DNA of 64,000 nt, taken from NCBI GenBank assembly GCA_900538765.1, contig UQAB01000004.1:2350-66349 (forward strand), written 5' to 3'. Position 1 is the stretch's first letter. Every line of letters starts with the position of its first letter. The translations under genes and the position numbers were made by a program. Positions 8,411-17,740 of this stretch are shown one piece after another. Under the pieces are notes generated by a model. The model was not told where the DNA came from, searched no databases, and saw only the letters and a list, made by a program, of their open reading frames with translations. Origin of the DNA: an uncultured Azospirillum sp. GTDB lineage: Bacteria > Pseudomonadota > Alphaproteobacteria > RF32 > CAG-239.

Positions 8411-10199
8411 TGAAAAAAAACTTCCCGCTTGGGATTTGTCTGATCTTTACAAAGGTATTAATGACCCCAAAATTAAAAGCGATTTGGAGCAATATAAGCA
8501 GCTGAATCTCGGCTTGGCCGAAAAATATAAGGGAAAAATGGCAAAACTGTCGGCAGCCGATTTTTACGAGGCGGTTAAAACCTATGAAGCGGCTTCTGTT
8601 GCGGCCAGCAAACTGGGGATTTTTGCCTATCTGAATATGATTACGCAAATGTCCAACAAGGAGGCGATGGCTTTTTATCAGGACACTAACGAAACGATGA
8701 CGGAATACGGAAAGCCGGCCATTTTCTTTACGCTGGAAATAAACGCGCTGCCGGAAGACAAGTTTCAGGCGCTTTTGCAGGACAGTCAGGTGGCGTATTA
8801 TGCGCCGTGGCTGAAGCGTGTCAGAATGTTTAAGCCCTATGAGCTTTCGGAAGATATTGAGGCGCTGCTGGCTGATAAGGCTTTGACTTCTTCTGCCGCC
8901 TGGGTTCGGTTGTATGACGAAACAGCCTCCAAGCTGAAATATGTGGTTGACGGCAAGGAATATAATGATGCCGAAATCAGTAAGCTTTTGCAGGATAAAG
9001 ATCCGTTGGTACGTGAAAAGGCGGGCAAGGAGCTGAATCGCGTTAATAAGGAAAACGGTGAGCTTTTTACTTTCATTTACAACATGATTGTTAAGGACGG
9101 CGCTATTGAGGACGAAAAACGCGGTTTTAAATCGCCGATTGCTTCCCGCAACCTGTCTAACCGGGTTGAGGATGAGGTTGTCGATACGCTGGCAGAAACG
9201 GTCAGAAGCAAGTATAAAGACATTGCCGAGCGTTTTTACAAGTTAAAAGCCAAGTGGCTGGGAAAAGAAAAAATCCAGTATTGGGACAGAAACGCGCCGC
9301 TGCCGTTTTCTGACGATAATATGTACAGTTGGCAGGAGAGCGTTGATTTGGTTTTGAAGGCTTATGGGGAATTTTCTCCGAAGTTGCAAGAGGTTGCGAA
9401 AGACTTTTTCACGCATAACTGGATTGACGTGCCGCCGCGTCAGGGAAAAAGAAGCGGCGCTTTTGCCATGCCGCTGCCAAGCGATTTGCATCCGTATCTG
9501 CTGTTGAATTTTGTCGGTAAGCAAAACGACGTGTTGACATTGGCGCATGAACTCGGACACGGCTGCCATATGCAGTTGAGTATTAAGGAAGGCGATTTGA
9601 ACGACGATACGCCGCTGACTTTGGCTGAAGTTGCTTCGGTTTTTGCCGAGATGCTGACATTTCAGTCTATTTTGCGCAGCCTGAAAGACGACAAAGCGAA
9701 ATTATGTCTGATTGCCTCCAAAGTTAATGATATGATTAATACTTCCCTGCGGCAGATTGCTTTTCATTTTTTTGAAAAGAAAATTCATGCCGAGCGCAAA
9801 AAAGGCGAACTTTCTCAGGAGCGGATTTCCGAAATCTGGCTGGATGTCATGCGTGAGAGTTTGGGACAATATGTGATTGTGGATGATGACAGCAAATATA
9901 TCTGGCCGATTGTCAGCCATTTTTATCACTCGCCTTTTTATGTTTATGCCTACTCTTTTGCCGATTGTCTGGTAAACTCCCTCTACCAAGTCTACCGCGA
10001 AGGAACGGTTTCAGATTTTCCCGATAAATATCTGCAGATGCTTTCTCAGACCGGAGTCAAAAAATACGATGAGCTTTTGCAGCCTTTCGGCTTGGATGCG
10101 CATAATCCGCATTTCTGGTTGAAAGGGTTGGGCCTGATTGAAGAGTATATCAGCGAACTTGAGCTTCTCGATGAAAAAACGTGTATAATGGGTGCCTAA
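8403..10199 (+). CDS. pepF: oligoendopeptidase F family (M3B) metallopeptidase
   Basis: HELGHGCH zinc motif. PepF-like N-terminus (LPAWDLSDLY). The ORF is open from 8376, but ATG 8403 (MTDEKK) fits family N-termini better. Confidence 0.85.
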   Translation: MTDEKKLPAWDLSDLYKGINDPKIKSDLEQYKQLNLGLAEKYKGKMAKLSAADFYEAVKTYEAASVAASKLGIFAYLNMITQMSNKEAMAFYQDTNETMTEYGKPAIFFTLEINALPEDKFQALLQDSQVAYYAPWLKRVRMFKPYELSEDIEALLADKALTSSAAWVRLYDETASKLKYVVDGKEYNDAEISKLLQDKDPLVREKAGKELNRVNKENGELFTFIYNMIVKDGAIEDEKRGFKSPIASRNLSNRVEDEVVDTLAETVRSKYKDIAERFYKLKAKWLGKEKIQYWDRNAPLPFSDDNMYSWQESVDLVLKAYGEFSPKLQEVAKDFFTHNWIDVPPRQGKRSGAFAMPLPSDLHPYLLLNFVGKQNDVLTLAHELGHGCHMQLSIKEGDLNDDTPLTLAEVASVFAEMLTFQSILRSLKDDKAKLCLIASKVNDMINTSLRQIAFHFFEKKIHAERKKGELSQERISEIWLDVMRESLGQYVIVDDDSKYIWPIVSHFYHSPFYVYAYSFADCLVNSLYQVYREGTVSDFPDKYLQMLSQTGVKKYDELLQPFGLDAHNPHFWLKGLGLIEEYISELELLDEKTCIMGA

Positions 10200-10221
10200 T
10201 ACAGAAATTTCAGGTCGAAAG
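10189..10221 (+). repeat. direct repeat copy 1 (includes last codons and stop of pepF)
   Basis: TGGGTGCCTAATACAGAAATTTCAGGTCGAAAG. It is 32/33 identical to 10412-10444. Confidence 0.9.
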
Positions 10222-10232
10222 CCACGTACTAA

Positions 10233-10331
10233 CTCAGGAACCTAAGTTCGTTTCAGCTGTTGTCACAGCCTTACTCACTAAGGTTTACTGAGATGTTACA
10301 GACAAAAAGCACCATTACTTTGGTGCTTTTT
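10233..10331 (+). ncRNA. candidate small RNA or insert-borne structured element: extended hairpin plus intrinsic terminator
   Basis: Nested pairings: CTCAG 10233-37 / CTGAG 10288-92; AACCT 10239-43 / AGGTT 10281-85; AGT 10245-47 / ACT 10277-79; GCTGT 10256-60 / ACAGC 10265-69. A terminator follows: GCACCA 10309-14 / TGGTGC 10321-26 with a T run. Confidence 0.3.
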
Positions 10332-10411
10332 GCTTAGCCATTATACGCTGCGTTGCTTTCGCCTTTATTTCTTATTATTCGCCGCATTCTCCACGTTTTT
10401 TTAGAGCGGCT

Positions 10412-10444
10412 TGGGCGCCTAATACAGAAATTTCAGGTCGAAAG
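10412..10444 (+). repeat. direct repeat copy 2
   Basis: TGGGCGCCTAATACAGAAATTTCAGGTCGAAAG, 223 bp downstream of copy 1. The single mismatch is T10193 vs C10416. Confidence 0.9.
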
Positions 10445-10485
10445 TTTTTTGTAGGAATCGCGTTGGACTGATTTATACAAGCTGT

Positions 10486-10521
10486 AAAAAAGATCTGTGT
10501 TGCAGGTCTTTTTTGTTTTTT
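10486..10521 (+). terminator. intrinsic terminator after repeat copy 2
   Basis: AGATCTG 10491-97 / CAGGTCT 10503-09 (one G-T pair), followed by TTTTTTGTTTTTT. Confidence 0.6.
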
Positions 10522-10705
10522 AATGTATTGAATTTTCTTTATTTTATATTGCAGTGTCCTTATTTTTCGATGCCTCGTTGCGAATTTGTCGTGCAGAGTG
10601 CACATATTTTTCGGTAACACAATCAGATTTTAAGGTCTTGTGTTTCAGCGCAAAGTCGTTCATACTAAAATTCGTAAGCAAGAGGATTTTTGAATTGAGG
10701 TTAAT

Positions 10706-10918
10706 ATGAGATCAGGATGCGTAAGATGGTTTAGTTTGAGAAAGGGATATGGTTTTATTATTCCTGATGATGGCCGTGATGATGTGTTTGTCCATATTTC
10801 TGAGCTGGAAAAGGCAGGTATTGCTTTTCTTATTCCGGGTAAGGAAATCGGTTATGAAGAGTGTTTTGACCGGGGAAGAATTATGGCATCAAATCTCAGA
10901 ATACGGAAGAAATCATGA
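10706..10918 (+). CDS. cold-shock domain protein (CspA family)
   Basis: CVRWFSLRKGYGFIIPDDGRDDVFVHISEL matches the CSD RNP-1/RNP-2 region. SD GAGG lies upstream. The upstream intergenic region is ~180 nt. Confidence 0.85.
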   Translation: MRSGCVRWFSLRKGYGFIIPDDGRDDVFVHISELEKAGIAFLIPGKEIGYEECFDRGRIMASNLRIRKKS

Positions 10919-10939
10919 TATTTTTGATACTGACCAAAT

Positions 10940-10975
10940 AAAAGGCTCTTTTTGATAAAAGAGCCTTTTATTTGT
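10940..10975. terminator. bidirectional terminator between csp and typA
   Basis: AAAAGGCTCTTT 10940-51 / AAAGAGCCTTTT 10958-69, 6-nt loop, T-rich tail. Confidence 0.75.
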
Positions 10976-10990
10976 TTTCTTGTTTTCGTT

Positions 10991-12811
10991 TTACTCCATG
11001 ACTTCCGGTTTGGCACGTTTACGCTGAATCGGGTCAAGAATGCGCTTTCTCAGGCGCAGGCTTTTGGGTGTGACTTCAAGAAGTTCGTCTTCCTGAATAT
11101 AAGCCAGTCCCTGTTCCAATGTCAGCTTGCGCGGCGGGATGAGGTCAATGGCCTCGTCTTTTCCGGCAGCGCGGATGTTGGTCAGCTGTTTGGCTTTGGT
11201 CGGATTAACTTCAAGGTCATTCGGCTTGGTGTGTTCGCCGATAATCATGCCAACGTAAACGGGGACGCCGGCGTCAATGAACATCGGGCCGCGATCCTGA
11301 AGTTTCCATAAAGAGTAAGCAATTGCCGTACCGTTTTCCGAAGAAATCAGCACACCGTTACGCCGTCCTTCGATTTCTCCTTTATAAGGTTCATAACATT
11401 TAAACAAACGGTTCATAACACCGGTGCCGCGCGTGTCAGTCAGAAATTCGGAATGATAACCGATTAAGCCGCGGGACGGAGCATTGAAAATCAGGCGGAC
11501 TTTGTTGCCTAGCTGGGATGGAATCATTTCAGCCAGTTCGGCTTTGCGGCGGCCAAGCTTTTCAACGACGGCGCCGGAAAATTCTTCGTCTACGTCAACA
11601 ACTACCTCTTCGACCGGTTCCATTAACTGACCGTTTTCGTCTCTTTTCATCAAAACGCGCGGACGGGATATGGACAGCTCAAAGCCTTCACGGCGCATGG
11701 TTTCAATCAGAACGCCAAGCTGAAGTTCACCGCGTCCGGCGACTTCAAACGAGTCGCTGGTATCTGTGCGGGAGATTTTTAAGGCGATGTTGCCTTCCGC
11801 TTCTTTTTCGAGTCTGTCCCAGATAACGCGTGAGGTTACTTTGTCGCCTTCACGTCCGGCAAGCGGCGAATCGTTAACCGAAAAAGTCATTGCCAAAGTC
11901 GGCGGATCAATCGGCTGAGCGTGGATAGCTTCGTTGACGTCAAGCGCGCAGATTGTGTCGGCTACAGTGCCTTTGACAATGCCTGATACGGCGACAATGT
12001 CACCGGCATTGGCTTCTTCAAGCGCTACACGGGTCAGACCGCGGTAAGCCAGAATTTTGGCGATTCTGGTGCGTTCGACTTCTTCGCCTTTGCCGTTTAA
12101 AATCTTAACTGTGTCATTAACCTTTAATTTGCCGGAGTGGACTTTGCCGGTCAGAATGCGGCCGATGAATTTGTCTGATTCCAAAGTTGTGGCCAGCATG
12201 GAGAAAGGTTTGTCCGGTTCGCAGGCCGGTTCGGGAACATAGGAACAAATCAGTTCAAACAACGGGGTCAGGTCTTTCTTTTCATCTGTCAGTTCCTTAA
12301 CGGCCCAGCCGTTGCGTCCGGAAGCATACAAAACCGGGAAATCAAGCTGTTCATCGGTTGCGTTCAGGCTGACGAACAGGTCAAAAATTTCATCCAGTAC
12401 TTCATCAGCGCGGGCATCCGGCTTATCAGCCTTGTTGATAACAACAATCGGGCGCAGTCCGATTTTCAGGGCTTTTCCCAATACGAATTTTGTCTGAGGC
12501 ATTGGTCCTTCAGAGGAGTCTACCAGCAAAACAACACCGTCAACCATAGACAGGATACGTTCGACTTCGCCGCCGAAGTCCGCGTGTCCCGGTGTATCAA
12601 CGATATTAATTCTGGTTCCTTTCCACTCAATGGAAGTGCATTTGGAAAGAATCGTAATTCCTCTTTCCCTCTCCAACTCATTGCTGTCCATAACGCAGGT
12701 TTCAACTTTCTGGTTATCTCTGAAAGTACCGCTCTGTCTTAGCAGGCCGTCGACCATTGTTGTTTTGCCGTGGTCAACGTGAGCGATTATGGCAATATTT
12801 CTCAAGTTCAT
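10991..12811 (-). CDS. typA: translational GTPase TypA/BipA
   Basis: IRNIAIIAHVDHGKTTMVDGLL, DTPGHADFGGEVERIL, NKADK. 606 aa. Confidence 0.95.
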   Translation of the reverse strand: MNLRNIAIIAHVDHGKTTMVDGLLRQSGTFRDNQKVETCVMDSNELERERGITILSKCTSIEWKGTRINIVDTPGHADFGGEVERILSMVDGVVLLVDSSEGPMPQTKFVLGKALKIGLRPIVVINKADKPDARADEVLDEIFDLFVSLNATDEQLDFPVLYASGRNGWAVKELTDEKKDLTPLFELICSYVPEPACEPDKPFSMLATTLESDKFIGRILTGKVHSGKLKVNDTVKILNGKGEEVERTRIAKILAYRGLTRVALEEANAGDIVAVSGIVKGTVADTICALDVNEAIHAQPIDPPTLAMTFSVNDSPLAGREGDKVTSRVIWDRLEKEAEGNIALKISRTDTSDSFEVAGRGELQLGVLIETMRREGFELSISRPRVLMKRDENGQLMEPVEEVVVDVDEEFSGAVVEKLGRRKAELAEMIPSQLGNKVRLIFNAPSRGLIGYHSEFLTDTRGTGVMNRLFKCYEPYKGEIEGRRNGVLISSENGTAIAYSLWKLQDRGPMFIDAGVPVYVGMIIGEHTKPNDLEVNPTKAKQLTNIRAAGKDEAIDLIPPRKLTLEQGLAYIQEDELLEVTPKSLRLRKRILDPIQRKRAKPEVME

Positions 12812-13099
12812 CTTTTTTTTCTTTCCTAAAAGGTCGTCATGTCGTAAATCCGGCTCCTTATGTCCTATTCGTTGTACACTGCGTCGCCGGACTTGCTTCC
12901 AGCATAACCAATCTTCATAGAAAAGCTATGCTGTTCTAAGTTGCCCTTACAATAGCAAGTTAATTTTAATTTTCAAGAATTTACTGTAATTTAATTTATT
13001 TTTTTTCAGGTGCAGGAGTCGCATTAAATGCTTGTTAATCATTTCCGGTAATACTGTTGGCATAACTCTATTATTTAACTTATTATAACATAAATTATC

Positions 13100-13378
13100 A
13101 TGGCAACACTCATTATTATTTTAGTTTTAGGCATATTGTCGATTGTCGGGCAATATTTGTTGGTTCAAAAATTCGGAAAAAACGCATTATTATCAGTGGT
13201 TAAGGCAGTTGCTTATGTTGCAGTTGCGGTTCCGTGCTGTTTGCTGGTTTTTCTGAACCCCGGCCTGTTTAAGGATTTTGAAGGACATTCGCTGGCCGTT
13301 ATGGTATCCGTATTTACTCCATGGATTGTAGATTGTATCCTGGGAACAATGTTTGGAGGGTATCGGTATGAACATTGA
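13100..13378 (+). CDS. small hypothetical membrane protein (3 predicted TM)
   Basis: Hydrophobic 92-aa ORF followed by a terminator. No family recognised. Confidence 0.45.
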   Translation: MATLIIILVLGILSIVGQYLLVQKFGKNALLSVVKAVAYVAVAVPCCLLVFLNPGLFKDFEGHSLAVMVSVFTPWIVDCILGTMFGGYRYEH

Positions 13379-13395
13379 CGTATTTAGCAAAAAGA

Positions 13396-13437
13396 AAAGG
13401 CTCATTCTGTTTGTCGGGAATAGAGCCTTTCTTTTTT
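13396..13437. terminator. bidirectional terminator
   Basis: AAAGGCTC 13396-403 / GAGCCTTT 13423-30, extended by ATTC/GAAT, then a T6 run. Confidence 0.65.
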
Positions 13438-13451
13438 AGTTTATTTTTTAT

Positions 13452-14489
13452 TTAGAGCGTTTTGCCGTATTTAACCAAGTTGTTACGGACATAACCGCGC
13501 AGGGATGTTTCCGGGCGGGCGCCGTAATGACTGATGATTTCGGCAGCGGCCAGACCGCCGATCATGGCGCAGGTTCCGAGGCTGCGGCCGTTAATCAGGC
13601 CGAACAAAAAGCCAGCGGCATACAAGTCGCCGGCGCCGGTCGTGTCAACCACGTTATCGACCGTTTCCGATTCGACAAAGGTCTTAACGCGTCCGCTGAC
13701 AATAACCGACCCTTTGATGTTTCTGGTGATGGCGGCGATGTCGACCAACGGTTTGATTAAGTCAAGGTTTGCTTCAAAATCATCGTTTTCAAACAAGGCG
13801 TTTAATTCGTCTTCATTGCCGAAAAGAATATCGACATGTTTGCTGATTAAATCCATAAATTCGGCACGGTGGCGTTCAACGCAGGATTTGTCAGACAGGC
13901 TGAAAACAAAGTCACGGTTATATTTATGCGCGATTTCCGCGGCCTTGATAATGGCTTCTTTGGCGTTTTGGTCTTCCCACAGATAACCTTCAACATAAGT
14001 CATGCGCGAGGATTTGATGATGCTTTCGTCGATGTCTTCAACGCTCAGGTGTGTGGATGCGCCGAGGTAAGTGAACATGGAGCGTTCGGCATCGGGCGTA
14101 ACCAAGACTATACTGCGGCCGGTTGAGGGGCCTTCATTGAGCGGCTTGGTGAAGAAATCAATGCCGGCGGCGCCGATGTCGCGGCTGAAAGCCTGTCCCA
14201 GTTCGTCGTCGTGAACTTTGCCGATAAACGCGCAGGCCGAGCCCAGAGAGGCCATGCCGGCGATGGTGTTGGCGGCGGAACCGCCGGAAACTTCGCGTTC
14301 CGGCATAATATCCTGATAAATTTTTCCGGCGGAGAGGGCGTCAAGCAAAACCATGCCGCCTTTGGGCAGGTCGCGTTCGCTTAAAAATCTTTCTCCGACT
14401 TTTCCCATGACGTCAACGATGGCGTTACCGATACCGACAACATCATAAAAAGTAGACTCGTTTGGTTTGGCGTTCATTATTATCCTCAT
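13452..14489 (-). CDS. PfkB-family kinase, adenosine kinase-like
   Basis: VVGIGNAIVDV N-terminal motif and DTTGAGDLYAAGFLFG PfkB signature 2. Confidence 0.8.
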   Translation of the reverse strand: MRIIMNAKPNESTFYDVVGIGNAIVDVMGKVGERFLSERDLPKGGMVLLDALSAGKIYQDIMPEREVSGGSAANTIAGMASLGSACAFIGKVHDDELGQAFSRDIGAAGIDFFTKPLNEGPSTGRSIVLVTPDAERSMFTYLGASTHLSVEDIDESIIKSSRMTYVEGYLWEDQNAKEAIIKAAEIAHKYNRDFVFSLSDKSCVERHRAEFMDLISKHVDILFGNEDELNALFENDDFEANLDLIKPLVDIAAITRNIKGSVIVSGRVKTFVESETVDNVVDTTGAGDLYAAGFLFGLINGRSLGTCAMIGGLAAAEIISHYGARPETSLRGYVRNNLVKYGKTL

Positions 14490-14594
14490 ATTATAAAATC
14501 TTTTACGTTACTACAAAGTAATACAAGTATATTTAAATGCAATAAAAAAAGGTGTATAAAGTTTTTAATGGTTCGATTTCTTGGAGAAAAATAT

Positions 14595-14628
14595 AAAAAA
14601 ACCGCTGTTTGAGCAACAACGGTTTTTT
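14595..14628. terminator. bidirectional terminator
   Basis: An A run, ACCGCTGTT 14601-09 / AACAACGGT 14615-23 (one mismatch), then a T6 run. Confidence 0.6.
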
Positions 14629-14645
14629 GATTAATCAAAATATCA

Positions 14646-14885
14646 TTAGTCGTTGGCATTCGGCCATTCTTTGGCTTTTTCAGCGTTGAATGCAACAACT
14701 TCGGCATCAGCTTCATCATCTGAGCAGATAGCACCCTGCGGGCATTCGGAAATGCATACGCCGCAAGAAATGCAGGTATCCGGATCAACAACCATCTGGC
14801 TGTCACCTTCATGAAATGCGTCAACCGGGCAAACGGAAACGCAGGCGCGGCATTTGATGCAAGAATCATTAACAACAGAAACCAT
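14646..14885 (-). CDS. 2x[4Fe-4S] ferredoxin
   Basis: CIKCRACVSVCP and CISCGVCISECP cluster motifs. 79 aa. Confidence 0.9.
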   Translation of the reverse strand: MVSVVNDSCIKCRACVSVCPVDAFHEGDSQMVVDPDTCISCGVCISECPQGAICSDDEADAEVVAFNAEKAKEWPNAND

Positions 14886-14952
14886 ATTTATATCTCCTAA
14901 ATTTCGGTTTGTAAAAAACCGGCGGTTTGTTTTCAGACCACAATGTACTCAC

Positions 14953-14972
14953 ACTTGATTTTAAAATCAAGT
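14953..14972. promoter_or_regulatory. perfect 20-bp palindrome upstream of htpG
   Basis: ACTTGATTTTAAAATCAAGT, 78 nt upstream of the htpG ATG. It contains CTTGATTT, which is also present upstream of groES (19177-19184). Confidence 0.4.
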
Positions 14973-15049
14973 ATTTTATTGCCGGGGGTTGCGAATTGCC
15001 TTTCCGTGTCCCATATATTAAGTAAAATATTTGATAACGGAGGTAGAAA

Positions 15050-16894
15050 ATGTCTGATAAAATGGAGTTTAAGGCGGAAGTCAATAAACTTTTGGATATT
15101 GTGATTAACTCGATTTATTCTGAAAAGCAGATTTTTTTGCGGGAATTGATTTCGAATGCCAGCGATGCCTGCGACAAACTGAAGTACATGGCTTTGATGA
15201 ATCCCGATTTGGCAAAGTCGTCAGGGGCAATGCGTATTGTGCTGACGCCGGATGCGGAAAAAAATACCTTAAAAATTGCCGATAACGGCATCGGTATGAA
15301 TCGCGATGATTTAATCAATCATTTGGGGACAATTGCCAAGTCCGGGACGGCTGATTTTGTGAATAATGTGAAGGACAACGGTTCGGATGTAGATTTAATC
15401 GGCAAGTTCGGTGTGGGTTTTTATTCTGCTTTTATGGTCGCCGACAAGGTTGAAATTCTGACGCGCAAGGCCGGAGAGAATGAAGCCTGGCGCTGGTCTT
15501 CCGACGGTATCGGCGGTTTTGAAATCGGCAAGGCCGAAAAAGAAGGTAACGGCACGGAAATTACAATCTTTTTGAAAGAGGGCGAAAAGCAGTATACGGA
15601 TACGATTTATTTGCGGCAGATTGTGCGCTTGTATTCCGACCATATTAATTATCCGATTGTCCTTAATCTTGGCGAAAAAGGCGGCGAAGAAACGATTAAC
15701 AGCGGTTCGGCGTTGTGGGCGAAAAACAAGGCGGAGATTACCAAGGAACAGTACGCAGAGTTTTATCATCATGTTTCCAAGAATTTTGACGAACCGTGGA
15801 TGACACTGCATTTTAAAGCCGAAGGAAATATTGAATATACCGGACTTTTGTTTATTCCCGGCAGCCAGCCTTATGATTTGTTCCAGCCTGACCGGAAAAA
15901 CGGTCTGAAGCTTTATGTGAACAAGGTGTTTATTTCGGACAAGGTGGAAGAACTGCTGCCGAATTATCTGCGCTTTGTCAAAGGTGTGGTTGACAGTTCC
16001 GATTTGCCGCTGAACATCTCTCGCGAGATGTTGCAACAAAATCCGATGATTGCCAAAATCCGCAGCGGCATTGTTTCCAGAATTCTCAAAGAGTTAAAAA
16101 AGCGCAGTGAGAATTTGGAAGACTATATGAAGTTCTGGGAAGCTTTCGGCATTGCTTTCAAAGAAGGAATTTATGAAGACTTCGGCAATCGTGATGAAAT
16201 TGCCGGGTTATCTCGTTTCTATTCGGTCAAAAATCCGGAAAGGACGTTGTCGCTTGATGAATATGTGGCGGCAATGGGCAATGAGCAAAAGGCCATTTAT
16301 TATATTACCGGCGATGATGTTCGGGTTTTGGCGAATAATCCGCAGCTTGAAGCTTTTAAGGCCAAGGGAATCGATGTTCTATTGCTGGTTGATCCGATTG
16401 ATGAGTTTTGGACTCAGGTCTTAACATCGTATAAAGACAAGCCGATTAAGCATATTTCCCAGGCGGAGGAAAATTTTATCATAGAACGCAAAGAGAGCGT
16501 CAAAGCCAAAGACGAGGATTTGAAAAAGCTGACGGATTTTATGGCTGAAATTTTGAACGGCGAGATTGCCAAAGTGACGACAACGGACAAACTGACAAAC
16601 AGTCCGGTCAGCCTGACCGTGGAAAACGGGCAGATGAGCATTCATTTGGAAAGGCTGATGCGCAATCACCAGCAGCAGACGGCTTTTGCCAGCTTGCGGA
16701 TATTGGAGGTTAATCCGTATCATCCGCTGATTGTCAAGCTTTCCGAAGCTGTTAGCGATGACGCTTTGAAAGCGAAAGTAACGGAAATGGTCAGGGTTTT
16801 GTATGATCAGGCTCTGATTGCGGAAGGAGAAGCGATTAAGGATCCGTCGTTTTTTGCTGAGCGGCTGAGTTCGTATATGTTGTCCGCTTTTTAA
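15050..16894 (+). CDS. htpG: molecular chaperone HtpG (Hsp90)
   Basis: FKAEVNKLLDIVINSIYSEKQIFLRELISNASDACDKL and IGKFGVGFYSAFMVA. 614 aa. Confidence 0.96.
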   Translation: MSDKMEFKAEVNKLLDIVINSIYSEKQIFLRELISNASDACDKLKYMALMNPDLAKSSGAMRIVLTPDAEKNTLKIADNGIGMNRDDLINHLGTIAKSGTADFVNNVKDNGSDVDLIGKFGVGFYSAFMVADKVEILTRKAGENEAWRWSSDGIGGFEIGKAEKEGNGTEITIFLKEGEKQYTDTIYLRQIVRLYSDHINYPIVLNLGEKGGEETINSGSALWAKNKAEITKEQYAEFYHHVSKNFDEPWMTLHFKAEGNIEYTGLLFIPGSQPYDLFQPDRKNGLKLYVNKVFISDKVEELLPNYLRFVKGVVDSSDLPLNISREMLQQNPMIAKIRSGIVSRILKELKKRSENLEDYMKFWEAFGIAFKEGIYEDFGNRDEIAGLSRFYSVKNPERTLSLDEYVAAMGNEQKAIYYITGDDVRVLANNPQLEAFKAKGIDVLLLVDPIDEFWTQVLTSYKDKPIKHISQAEENFIIERKESVKAKDEDLKKLTDFMAEILNGEIAKVTTTDKLTNSPVSLTVENGQMSIHLERLMRNHQQQTAFASLRILEVNPYHPLIVKLSEAVSDDALKAKVTEMVRVLYDQALIAEGEAIKDPSFFAERLSSYMLSAF

Positions 16895-16895
16895 G

Positions 16896-16931
16896 AAAAA
16901 GGCGGTCTGTTAAATGCAGGCCGCCTTTTTT
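16896..16931. terminator. bidirectional terminator
   Basis: GGCGGTCTG 16901-09 / CAGGCCGCC 16917-25, with A5 upstream and T6 downstream. Confidence 0.75.
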
Positions 16932-16933
16932 GA

Positions 16934-17602
16934 TTATTTATGTTTTTTATGATAATCTTTTATTAAAATTTTGGCGATGTAACGGATGATAAGCAGAATG
17001 TATAACGCACCCAGTCCCCATATCATCCAGTTTTTGAGTTCTTTGCCGCTGATGGCAGGGGTGATTTCATTGACATTGAGAGCACTGCCGGTGACGATAA
17101 AATCAGCCGTCGGATTTTCATGCAGGATATTTACAACGTATTGATAATCAGGGTTGAGAAAATCAAATTTTAAAATCAAATTATTTTCGTAGGGAATAAT
17201 TTCTGTCGTCATGGCTTGGGAAGTTTCGTCATTATTCAGATTATAATGGCGCATTTTTGCTTCCTCGGGAATTACGATGCGAATCGGATCATGACCGACG
17301 CGGGATACATCAGTTCCCGAGAGGGCTTGCTGTCCCTGATTATAGAGGTAAACTTTACTCAGGTATAAATCTTTATATTCTCTGCCTTTGACTTTAATAC
17401 TGTATTCATTTTGATTGGCAGAGGAAATCAGTTTGACGCTGTCCGTTTCGTAGCGCAGGATGGGGCGGCTGATGTAAAACTGGTAATATCCCAATGCTAT
17501 GGCCGAAACGGCCAGAATAAAAGCTCCTGTCGGGCTGGTCCAAAAGTTCCATACGGCAATAAGAATTTTTCTTGAAAAACTTTTTTCTGTTTGATTTTGC
17601 AT
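16934..17602 (-). CDS. hypothetical membrane protein (N- and C-terminal TM helices)
   Basis: 222-aa ORF with TM GAFILAVSAIALGYYQF and TM WMIWGLGALYILLIIRYI. No family recognised. Confidence 0.5.
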   Translation of the reverse strand: MQNQTEKSFSRKILIAVWNFWTSPTGAFILAVSAIALGYYQFYISRPILRYETDSVKLISSANQNEYSIKVKGREYKDLYLSKVYLYNQGQQALSGTDVSRVGHDPIRIVIPEEAKMRHYNLNNDETSQAMTTEIIPYENNLILKFDFLNPDYQYVVNILHENPTADFIVTGSALNVNEITPAISGKELKNWMIWGLGALYILLIIRYIAKILIKDYHKKHK

Positions 17603-17740
17603 TTTTCCTCCGAATGAAATTACATTTGTTTTGATTTTAAATAATAAACGTTAAGGATTTTTGAAGTCGGTAAAAAAATGTATTAATGTTTTTTTTAATG
17701 TTATGAACTAAGCTGTTGCCATAGAAGGAGCAATTATATA

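Noticed and set aside
10375-10620. 81-aa minus-strand ORF spanning repeat copy 2.
   Set aside because: It runs through two terminator hairpins and AT-rich promoter-like DNA. It has no SD and a low-complexity translation, so it is unlikely to be coding.
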